Origin: Arcanobacterium sp.
GTDB taxonomy: Bacteria > Actinomycetota > Actinomycetes > Actinomycetales > Actinomycetaceae
DNA length: 64,000 nt
Reading direction: 5' to 3'
Assembly (NCBI GenBank): GCA_022778805.1
Contig: JALFSN010000006.1
Span: 153,008 to 217,007, forward strand
Shown here: positions 56,130 through 64,000 of the stretch, one piece after another
Layout of the letters: every line of letters starts with the position of its first letter
How positions within the stretch are numbered: position 1 is the stretch's first letter
The notes under the pieces: generated by a model
The model's input: the letters and a program-made list of their open reading frames with translations, nothing else
What the model was told of the DNA's origin: nothing
Database searches by the model: none
Translations under genes and position numbers: made by a program

Positions 56130-57461
56130 CTATGCCTCCTTCATAATTGTTTCGATGACGCCGAGAGCCTCGTCCAAGAGAGCTACCGGCATGGATAGCG
56201 GTGGTAGAAAACGAATGACATTTCCGAACGTGCCACACGTCAAAAGAATCACGCCTTGCTCATACGCTTTGCGTTGAATCTCTTTGGTGAATGCCGCATC
56301 CGGAACACCCTGTGCGTCTACCAGTTCAATAGCCTGCATAGCACCGCGACCGCGCACATCTGCGATACGCGCATCGCTCGCCTGCAAGGCCACGAATCGA
56401 TCCTGAATATGCTGGCCAAGCTCAAGCGCTTTTTCAAGCAGATTATCTTCCTCAAACGCTGTGCCAACGGCGAGTGCAGCTGCACATGAGAGCGGGTTGC
56501 CGCCATACGTGCCACCCAAACCGCCAGGCACGCTGGCATCCATAATTTCTGCGCGGCCGGTGACGGCGGAGAGTGGAAGTCCACCAGCGATACCTTTTGC
56601 CGTGCAAATGATATCGGGCTCGATTCCCTCCCACTCGGAAGCAAACATCTTGCCGGTGCGGCCATAGCCAGATTGCACTTCATCGGCCACGAAGACGATG
56701 CCTTTCTCATGACACCACTGCACGAGCCGCGGCAGATATCCCTCAGCCGGCACGATGAATCCACCCTCGCCCTGAATTGGCTCAATCACCAGCGCCGCCA
56801 CATTTTCCGATCCGACCTGCACCTCAATCTCGGAAACAGTGCGCTGGAAAGCCTCTTCTCCGCTGAGTCCATCGCGGTGAGGGTACGACTGGCTCACGCG
56901 ATAGACATCGGAAGCAAAGGGACCATACTGCGCTTTGTAGGGATGAGATTTCTCCGTCATGGCCAAGGTGAAATTGGTGCGGCCGTGATAGGCTCCCTTG
57001 AACGCCACCACCGCTGGGCGCTTCGTGTAGGCACGCGCAGCTTTGACGGCGTTTTCTACACATTCCGCTCCGGAGTTAAACAGCGCTGAGCGCTTCTCAA
57101 AACTGCCAGGGGTGATGCGATTAAGCAGCTCGCACACTTCCACATAGCCCTCATACGGAGTCGTCATAAAGCATGTGTGCGTAAAATGGCTCACCTGATC
57201 GCGCACTGCTTCCACCACTCGCGCATTCGACGCTCCCACTGTGGTGACGGCGATGCCTGAGCCGAGATCAATAAAACTATTTCCATCGACATCAACAATC
57301 ACGCCACCGCCAGCGTACTGGGCATAAATAGGATTCTGGGTGGCCACACCATTGCTCACAGCCTGCTGCTTGCGCTGCGCCAGCGCGGCCGATTTCGGGC
57401 CAGGCAGCTCGGTGACGATTTTACGAACCTGCTCGACGGCAGGAGTCTGTACATCAGACAT
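56130..57461 (-). CDS. gabT: 4-aminobutyrate--2-oxoglutarate transaminase
   Basis: 443 aa from ATG 57461 (AGAGAGGA RBS). Class-III aminotransferase with FVADEVQSGYGRTG and CTAKGIAGGLP (PLP Lys) motifs. Confidence 0.85.
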   Translation of the reverse strand: MSDVQTPAVEQVRKIVTELPGPKSAALAQRKQQAVSNGVATQNPIYAQYAGGGVIVDVDGNSFIDLGSGIAVTTVGASNARVVEAVRDQVSHFTHTCFMTTPYEGYVEVCELLNRITPGSFEKRSALFNSGAECVENAVKAARAYTKRPAVVAFKGAYHGRTNFTLAMTEKSHPYKAQYGPFASDVYRVSQSYPHRDGLSGEEAFQRTVSEIEVQVGSENVAALVIEPIQGEGGFIVPAEGYLPRLVQWCHEKGIVFVADEVQSGYGRTGKMFASEWEGIEPDIICTAKGIAGGLPLSAVTGRAEIMDASVPGGLGGTYGGNPLSCAAALAVGTAFEEDNLLEKALELGQHIQDRFVALQASDARIADVRGRGAMQAIELVDAQGVPDAAFTKEIQRKAYEQGVILLTCGTFGNVIRFLPPLSMPVALLDEALGVIETIMKEA

Positions 57462-57543
57462 CGTTGTCCTCTCTTGAGTCATCGTGTACATCTCATGACA
57501 GCCATTACTGTACGTCTTTAGTCCTAGATAGAAATATGCACTT

Positions 57544-57573
57544 TTGCACAAATTAAGAAGATAAATTGTGCAA
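57544..57573. promoter_or_regulatory. Inverted repeat in the gabT-pucR divergent promoter region (candidate PucR operator)
   Basis: TTGCACAAATT - 9 nt - AAATTGTGCAA, with 10 of 11 positions complementary. A TGCAC(n4)TGCAC direct repeat lies immediately upstream. Confidence 0.35.
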
Positions 57574-59191
57574 TAATTCTCTTGTGACGACGTTAGCGAA
57601 TGTGCTTCACCAGCCACAGCTCCATCTCATCCCGCTGTGGTGTCCCCATGCCGACATCATTGTGCGCTGGGGAGCCGTATCCGATCTTGACAATCCCACA
57701 CCTTTTCTGGAGGGCGGGGAACTACTCATGACGACTAATGCCGGCAATCCCACCTCTGCCACTGCCTGGGATCGCTACGTGCGCCGCGTCAAAGAAGCGG
57801 GCATTGCCGCGCTCGCATTCGCCGTGGGCGAGTGGAAGAAAGAGGTGCCTCACGACCTTATATCCGCTGCCCATAAGCACGATATCAATCTCATTGAAGT
57901 GCCTGAGCGCGAACGATTTGTACACATCTCCCAGGTGCTCGCCGCCATGCTCGAAGAGGAGTCGAGCGCGGCGTCACGGCAACTACAGCGAGCGCAACGC
58001 TCTCTCATTGCTGCGACCAGCAAGCTGGAGCCAACTGCGGCATTACTCCACACTCTCGCCACTATTCTCAACGGAGCCATGATGCTCTACGCAGGAGATT
58101 CGCTCATTTACTCAGCCGGTCTGAACTCTGGCAGCGACATTCCGAAAGCGCTGATGACCCAACTAAAAAAGCGCTATCCGCGCGATGAACGTTCGTGGTC
58201 AATTATCGAGCCAGAGTACGCAGCCGTAGGCATTAACGTGGGATCTGGCGAAGTGCTCGTCGCCTATGCGACGTCATTAGCCCCCTGGCAACGCTCAGCC
58301 CTCTCAGATGGGGCAATTTTGCTCGAAAGTATGCGAGCGCTAGAGAATCAGCAGCGCGAAAATCGCCGCAATCTCTACGCGCACGCATTCGAGCGGCTGG
58401 ACGATGGGGATGCTTACAGCTGCCAAGCCATTCTCTCCGTGATCGACAACACCTATACCGTGCCGGCGCGAGTGAGTGCCATCCACGCCATTGGAGATCA
58501 CCGTGCTCTGGTGGCTCTGAGCGAAGAACTTGTGCGCCGCCTCCGCACGCCGCTCGCCCAGAAGATTAGCCCGATAGCTGCACCGGCGTCACCAACGCCG
58601 CACACGGCTAAGCCATATACGGCCGAGCTGTATTCAACTGAACCGTATTCAACCGAGCAGCCCACAGCTGCATCGCACTCCACCCACAGCTTAGACGCCG
58701 TCATTCCCACACAGAGTATCCCCCTAGCTACGGCCGTAGTGCAGGAATCAGGTGTACTAGCTGGATGCGGTGCGAGCGTATCCAGCAACCGCGCCCATAC
58801 AGCCATTATGACGGCGCGCATTGCCAGCGAAAAAGCTGGCTCTGACCGGCCGGTGGTGAGCTGGAGTGAGATCTCTGGTGAGGGGCTCATTCCACTGCTC
58901 GATAACGATCGCCTCTCCGCCTGGGCCAGAGCTTTCCTCACCCCGCTTGAGCGCCATCCCGAGCTGATGACGGTTCTCGCCGTCTTCCTCTCCACCAATG
59001 GCAATCGCGGAGCAATGGCACGTATTCTCGGGGTACATCGCAACACCGTGACCACTCGCATCGCCCACATTGAACGTCTGCTGCAGCGCAATCTTGACGA
59101 CCCCGCCTCCCGAGTAGAAGCGTGGGTAGCCTTGCATTCTCGCAACGGTTTCGCGGAGTCACTTGAAGGGCTCGCGCACAACAAGAGCTAA
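57566..59191 (+). CDS. PucR family transcriptional regulator (GabR-like)
   Basis: 541 aa with a C-terminal PucR HTH (NGNRGAMARILGVHRNTVTTRIAHIERLL). It is divergent from gabT. The start is uncertain: TTG 57566 or GTG 57584. Confidence 0.8.
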   Translation: MCNNSLVTTLANVLHQPQLHLIPLWCPHADIIVRWGAVSDLDNPTPFLEGGELLMTTNAGNPTSATAWDRYVRRVKEAGIAALAFAVGEWKKEVPHDLISAAHKHDINLIEVPERERFVHISQVLAAMLEEESSAASRQLQRAQRSLIAATSKLEPTAALLHTLATILNGAMMLYAGDSLIYSAGLNSGSDIPKALMTQLKKRYPRDERSWSIIEPEYAAVGINVGSGEVLVAYATSLAPWQRSALSDGAILLESMRALENQQRENRRNLYAHAFERLDDGDAYSCQAILSVIDNTYTVPARVSAIHAIGDHRALVALSEELVRRLRTPLAQKISPIAAPASPTPHTAKPYTAELYSTEPYSTEQPTAASHSTHSLDAVIPTQSIPLATAVVQESGVLAGCGASVSSNRAHTAIMTARIASEKAGSDRPVVSWSEISGEGLIPLLDNDRLSAWARAFLTPLERHPELMTVLAVFLSTNGNRGAMARILGVHRNTVTTRIAHIERLLQRNLDDPASRVEAWVALHSRNGFAESLEGLAHNKS

Positions 59192-60195
59192 GCTGGCCGA
59201 ATGTGTGGAGCACGTTCCCAGGTGAGGCGAGGATCCCGAATGACGACGTCTCCCAGAGCCTCATCAATAGCCGCCATAGTCGAATCATCCAGCGTGACGT
59301 CGGCAGCCTCCACGTTTTCAGCAATTTGCTCCGGCCGCGAAGCCCCAATAATAGGGGCGGCTACGTTGGAATTGTGCAACACCCACGCGAGCGCCAACTG
59401 TGCCTGCGTGATGCCGAGATCCAAGGCTATCGGCTTCAGCCGTTCCACAGCTTCCAAGACCGAATCCGTGAGGAAATCCCCCATCATCGTGCCGACTTTG
59501 CTCGCCGCTCGCGAATCGTGCGGAACCGCCTCTCCTGGCACATACTTGCCACTGAGCACACCCTGCGCCATCGGACTCCACACAATTTGCGAAATGCCAA
59601 GCTCCTGCGATGTGGGAATCACCTCCGGCTCAATCACTCGCCAGAGCATCGAGTATTGCGGCTGGTTGGAGACGACCTGGAAGCCCAATTCCTTGCTGAA
59701 ATCATGGGCATAGCGAATCTGCTGCGCCGTCCATTCCGACACGCCAATATAGAGAGCTTTCCCCGCATGCACCACATCCGCAAAGGCTTGCATCGTCTCT
59801 TCAATCGGGGTCTCGACGTCAAAGCGATGCGCCTGATACACATCCACATAATCCGTGCCGAGGCGCTTGAGCGAAGCGTCGATACTCTCCATAATGTGTT
59901 TGCGCGACAACCCGACGTCATTATGTCCGCCAGGCCCCACTGGCCAATACACTTTCGTGAAAATCTCCAGCGATTCACGGCGCATACCTTTGAGCGCTTT
60001 ACCTAATATCTTCTCGGCTTTGCCGTTCGCATAGACGTCGGCCGTATCAAAGGTCGTAATACCGGCGTCAAGAGCTGCATGAACGCACGCAATCGCCGTC
60101 TCTTTATCAATCTGTTGGCCGTGCGTGAGCCAGTTTCCTAAAATCACATTAGAAATTTTGAGTCCGGAATGACCGAGATATACATAATCCACCAT
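59188..60195 (-). CDS. Aldo/keto reductase (Kv-beta-like)
   Basis: 335 aa from ATG 60195 (AAGGTGG RBS) with FDTADVYANGKAEKILGKAL and other AKR motifs. Its 3' end overlaps the pucR 3' end by 4 nt (convergent). Confidence 0.85.
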   Translation of the reverse strand: MVDYVYLGHSGLKISNVILGNWLTHGQQIDKETAIACVHAALDAGITTFDTADVYANGKAEKILGKALKGMRRESLEIFTKVYWPVGPGGHNDVGLSRKHIMESIDASLKRLGTDYVDVYQAHRFDVETPIEETMQAFADVVHAGKALYIGVSEWTAQQIRYAHDFSKELGFQVVSNQPQYSMLWRVIEPEVIPTSQELGISQIVWSPMAQGVLSGKYVPGEAVPHDSRAASKVGTMMGDFLTDSVLEAVERLKPIALDLGITQAQLALAWVLHNSNVAAPIIGASRPEQIAENVEAADVTLDDSTMAAIDEALGDVVIRDPRLTWERAPHIRPA

Positions 60196-60254
60196 GAGCA
60201 ACCACCTTACCCAGCGAATGTAAAATCGAACGATAAAACCAACAGTTGAAACAG

Positions 60255-61313
60255 CTACGCCGTCACTCCCAGCCACTGCTGCACTTTTTCCGTGAGGCGT
60301 TCATCGAAAGCATCATCCGAATGATGCTCCCCTATCCACCGCTGCAGCGAACCACCGGCACAGGCATCAAGTTCGTCACGGCAGGCTGCCGTGTCTACTA
60401 CAGCGCGCCAGAGCATCTTCTGCGCCTCCTCCTGGGTGCTGTAGAAGAAAGGGTACTCTGGCGGCACTAATGCTCTCGCCCACGGCAGATCCGGGAAAAT
60501 GCCCACTACGCCAGCGCCCAACGCCTCCACATATTCAATTCCATATGACTCCTCGCAGCAGGTGGCCAAAAATGCCGTGGTACGCGACAGGGCATTCCAG
60601 TAGGAATCGCGCGTGGCCGTGAGCGGCCCCACCCACACCCAATCTTTGTGAGAAAATTTCATTGCCGCTTCACTCACCAGATGGTTCTCATGCAGACGCA
60701 TTTCCACCGTGATAGGCGTACGCTTGTGCACCCACTCGCACACATCCAGAAACAGCTCCGGACGTTTGACAGCGGAGAGATAGATCGCCGGATAGAGCAC
60801 TATCGGTACATCTGGCTCATGCCGCTCCTGCACATGCGCCAGGCGGAAGCCAAGATTGACGTAGCTCAGCCTCATCTTGTTGTACAGTTGCGAGACAGTC
60901 CAGCGCTCCGCCAACTCTCGAATTTCCGAAGCGGTGCGCTCCGAATTCGCAAAAGTGGGAAAGAGAGCCACCGATAGCGCAACCGATGCCAACGCCTCTT
61001 CAGCGGCGAAACGATTAGGCGAACGCCATACAAAATTCATCACTTTCGGGTGCTCGGCGCCGAGCGCATACATCTTTTGCCACACACGGGAAGAATCGAT
61101 CACGTCCATATTGAGCACAGCCGTCTCGTGGGGATCGAGAAATTCCAATGGAGCTACGTCAAAACCATCACCTTTGCGCACTTGCGCTCCGATTAAGGTA
61201 GCCCCTGGGTAGAGCCGGAGGATACGACGCAGAAGAGTATCCCCCGCAGAGTGTCCTGCCACTCGCCCATCGGCATCGACCACAGCCTTATCGCGTTTTA
61301 TCGCCAGTCTCAT
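60255..61313 (-). CDS. Hypothetical protein with a GT-B glycosyltransferase-like C-terminal motif
   Basis: 352 aa. EESYGIEYVEALGAGVVGIFPD resembles the E-x7-E / GT4 donor-binding region. The start overlaps the hppA stop (ATGA). Confidence 0.4.
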   Translation of the reverse strand: MRLAIKRDKAVVDADGRVAGHSAGDTLLRRILRLYPGATLIGAQVRKGDGFDVAPLEFLDPHETAVLNMDVIDSSRVWQKMYALGAEHPKVMNFVWRSPNRFAAEEALASVALSVALFPTFANSERTASEIRELAERWTVSQLYNKMRLSYVNLGFRLAHVQERHEPDVPIVLYPAIYLSAVKRPELFLDVCEWVHKRTPITVEMRLHENHLVSEAAMKFSHKDWVWVGPLTATRDSYWNALSRTTAFLATCCEESYGIEYVEALGAGVVGIFPDLPWARALVPPEYPFFYSTQEEAQKMLWRAVVDTAACRDELDACAGGSLQRWIGEHHSDDAFDERLTEKVQQWLGVTA

Positions 61314-63836
61314 CGCTCTTCACCCTCGTCCTTTGCCTGATTCTTTGACCAATCGTTCTCTGCCCGATTCTCTGCCCGAACCACAGTGGCGTATTCTTTC
61401 TCTCCACTCAGCTCATCAATAGATCCGGTTTGGATGCGCATCCGATAGAACGAGCTCCATACGAAGAAGAATGAGATGAGGAAGAAGACACCAGCGAGCA
61501 CATGCACGAGCGCCCCCAATCCCTGAGCCGTGAGCGAAACTCCCAACTCGACCGCCAAAAGGCCGAAGAGCGTCGTAAATTTAATGATCGGGTTCAACGC
61601 CACGGACGACGTATCTTTGAAAGGATCCCCCACCGTATCGCCCACAATCGAAGCGTCGTGCAACGCGGTGCCTTTCATGTGCAAATCTACTTCTACCACT
61701 TTCTTAGCGTTGTCCCATGCGCCGCCGGCATTCGCCATGAAAATGGCCTGATAGAGGCCGAAAATCGCAATGGAAATAAGGTAGCCGATAAAGAAATACG
61801 GCTCGATAAACGCGAAAGAGAGCGTGGCAAAGAAAACGGCCAGGAAAATGAGCAGCATCCCCTGCTGCGCATACTGCGTACAAATATCCACCACGCGCCT
61901 GCTGTCTTCAGGATTGGCTTTCTCCGTGCTGGTATCGAGGTGGATATTCTCTTTAATAAATGCCACCGCACGATTAGCGCCCGTCGTCACCGCTTGAATC
62001 GACGCACCCGAGAACCAGAAGATAACGGCACCGCCAGTGATAAGCCCCAGCAAGAAAGGAGCGTGCAGAAGCGAGAGGCTTCCCACCGCTTCCTGATTCG
62101 TGAGCGAATTCGTGAGCGAGATGATGATGGAGAAAATCATGGTGGTGGCTCCCACCACGGCCGTGCCAATTAAGACCGGTTTCGCCGTCGCTTTGAATGT
62201 GTTGCCTGCACCGTCGTTGTCTTCCAACATGAGCTTTGCCACTTCCCACTGTGGCTTGAGCGAGAAATTTTTCATGATGTCCGCTTCCGCTCCAGGCGTT
62301 TGCTCAATTCTGCTCAGTTCATACACGCTTTGCGCATTATCCGTGACTGGCCCATAAGAATCGACAGCTATCGTCACTGGCCCCATACCAAGGAAACCGA
62401 AAGCCACCAGCCCGAACGCAAACACTGCCGGAGCAATCATCAGCTCCCCCGAGGCCGAGCAAACTCATCACGTACGCTATGGCCATCAGCCCGACGATGG
62501 CCACGCCTAAGAAATAGCCGGAAAAGTTGCCAGCCACGAGACCGCTCAAAATGTTGAGCGACGCACCGCCCTCACGCGAACTCTTCACCGTCTCACGCAC
62601 AAAACGCGAATTCGTCGATGTAAATACTTTCACCAACTCCGGAATGAGCGCGCCAGCGAGAGTGCCGCAGGTAATAATCGTGGCGAGTTTCCACCACATT
62701 CCCGCTCCGAGCTGCCCTAGCACGAATGCGGAGACGCCGTAGATGAGCACGATACAGATCAGGGAGGTCAGCCAGACTAGAGTGGTGAGTGGAGTCTCGA
62801 AATTCATTCGTTTTGCCGTACCAAATCGGCTCTTGACCCACAGCCCATTGACGGCGTAAGCCACAGCAGCTCCGACAATCATCGCGGCTCGAACCACAAA
62901 AATCCATACCAGTAGTAGCGCCTGCAACGCTGGATCGTGTACAGCTAGCATGACGAACGTCACCAGCGCCACGCCCGTCACGCCGTACGTCTCAAAGCCG
63001 TCTGCGCTCGGACCCACCGAATCGCCGGCGTTATCGCCCGTGCAGTCTGCAATCACGCCTGGGTTGCGAGGGTCATCCTCGTCAATTTTGAAGACAATCT
63101 TCATCAGGTCTGCCCCGATGTCTGCAATCTTCGTAAAGATTCCCCCAGCGATGCGCAACGCCGACGCGCCTAAGGATTCACCAATGGCGAAGCCAATAAA
63201 GCACGCGCCAGCCACGTCGGATGGCAAAAAGACCAAGATCAGCAGCATCATAAAGAGTTCGAGCGAAATGAGCACTGTGCCAATACTCATGCCCGCCTGC
63301 AGCGGAATTTTATGCACGTAGTACGGCAGGCCGCGCAGCGAGGCAAACGCCGTGCGGGCGTTGGCAAATGTATTGACGCGGATGCCAAACCAGGCAACTG
63401 CGAAAGAGCCACCCATCCCGAGCAGCGAGAAGAGCACGACGATTCCCACTTTCCCCCAGGAAAAGCCCACAAGTATCTTGTAGTACACAAAGATGACGGC
63501 CGTAATAAATACCCACAAAATCAGCAGAAACTTCCCCTGCCGAGTGAGGTACGCCTTGCAGGTGGAGTAGATCAACTCCGCCACATCAAGCATAGAGCGA
63601 TGCACTGGAAGCCGGCGCAGCCTGAGGAACGTGAAGAGGCCAAAGAGCAGACCAGCCACGCAAATTGCCATGCCAGCAATCAGCAATACCACACCGCTCA
63701 CGCCATGTACGCTGGCGAGATTGAGATCTGGCAACACCAGGTTGGCCTCGCCGCCACCTACATCACCGCCAGCCGCTGCCAAGTTCCCCGACGCATGAGG
63801 ATCTGCAAGCCCTGACGCCGCTGCGATAACATCCAT
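61310..63836 (-). pseudogene. hppA: Membrane H+-translocating pyrophosphatase, interrupted by a 1-nt frameshift (fragments 62337..63836 and 61310..62440)
   Basis: The N-terminal ORF carries DCTGDNAGDSVGPSADGFETY. The C-terminal ORF carries GGAWDNAKK and DTVGDPFKDT. The frames change at a run of 5 C (62446-62450, G5 on the coding strand). Removing one base gives ...SLLGLGELMIAPAVFAFGL... Confidence 0.8.
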
Positions 63837-64000
63837 CTACTCCTCGCCTTCTCAACCAATAGAACGATCGATAAAAATCCAAACTCGCGCCGCTGCTGTC
63901 GCTGTGCCGGCTTGCCGTACCCGCTTGCACCGATGCTCTGGATATTTCCTGGCTTTCCCTGGTTTCTCGTCTCATCTTCGTATAGATATTTGTGTGAGCA

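Noticed and set aside
57462-57617. 52-codon N-terminal extension of gabT in the ORF track
   Set aside because: The extension runs through the AT-rich divergent promoter region (translation NYCTIYLLNLCKSAYFYLG is not protein-like for this genome). The AGAGAGGA RBS precedes ATG 57461.
62337-62450. Programmed ribosomal frameshift or two-subunit H+-PPase
   Set aside because: There is no slippery heptamer or downstream structure typical of programmed frameshifting. The junction is inside a TM helix of a normally single-chain enzyme. A simple 1-nt homopolymer indel (mutation or sequencing error) is more parsimonious.

Overview
High-GC actinobacterial chromosomal segment. Gene content and synteny look Actinomycetales/Actinomycetaceae-like; the species cannot be determined from sequence alone. 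Most of the window is conserved housekeeping blocks: xseA-xseB-sugar kinase; uppS-hemolysin III-greA-FKBP; ppx-DUF501-ftsB-eno; mfd-pth-rplY(ctc)-prs-glmU; ispE-rsmA-RpfB-like-tatD-metG. These orders mirror the mycobacterial Rv1007c-Rv1024 and Rv1080c-Rv1086 regions. Two modules look accessory. (1) A minus-strand mucin-type O-glycan locus at 20.5-31.2 kb: an LPXTG-anchored GH101 endo-alpha-N-acetylgalactosaminidase, a sugar ABC importer, a LacI regulator and a DUF624 protein. (2) A GABA/omega-amino-acid catabolic locus at 45-59 kb: PucR regulator, gabT, glutamate dehydrogenase, GabD-type and Sad-type succinate-semialdehyde dehydrogenases, BCCT and APC transporters, a USP, and a second class-III aminotransferase. 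There are two tRNA genes. I saw no rRNA, CRISPR array, transposase, integrase or recognisable defence system, and I could not identify a convincing novel multi-gene system. The observations most worth follow-up are: a well-folded class-I (short variable arm) tRNA with a Leu UAA anticodon; a glmU lacking most of its acetyltransferase domain; an H+-pyrophosphatase gene split by a frameshift in a 5-nt homopolymer; a promoter-proximal intrinsic terminator in the greA leader; TCACAGC / TTCAC(G/A)C direct-repeat boxes in several cell-division and cell-wall promoter regions; an orphan Aer-type PAS protein; and a nicotinamidase with a 170-aa poly-acidic tail. Start codons were refined by eye from RBS and homology and are less certain than stop codons.
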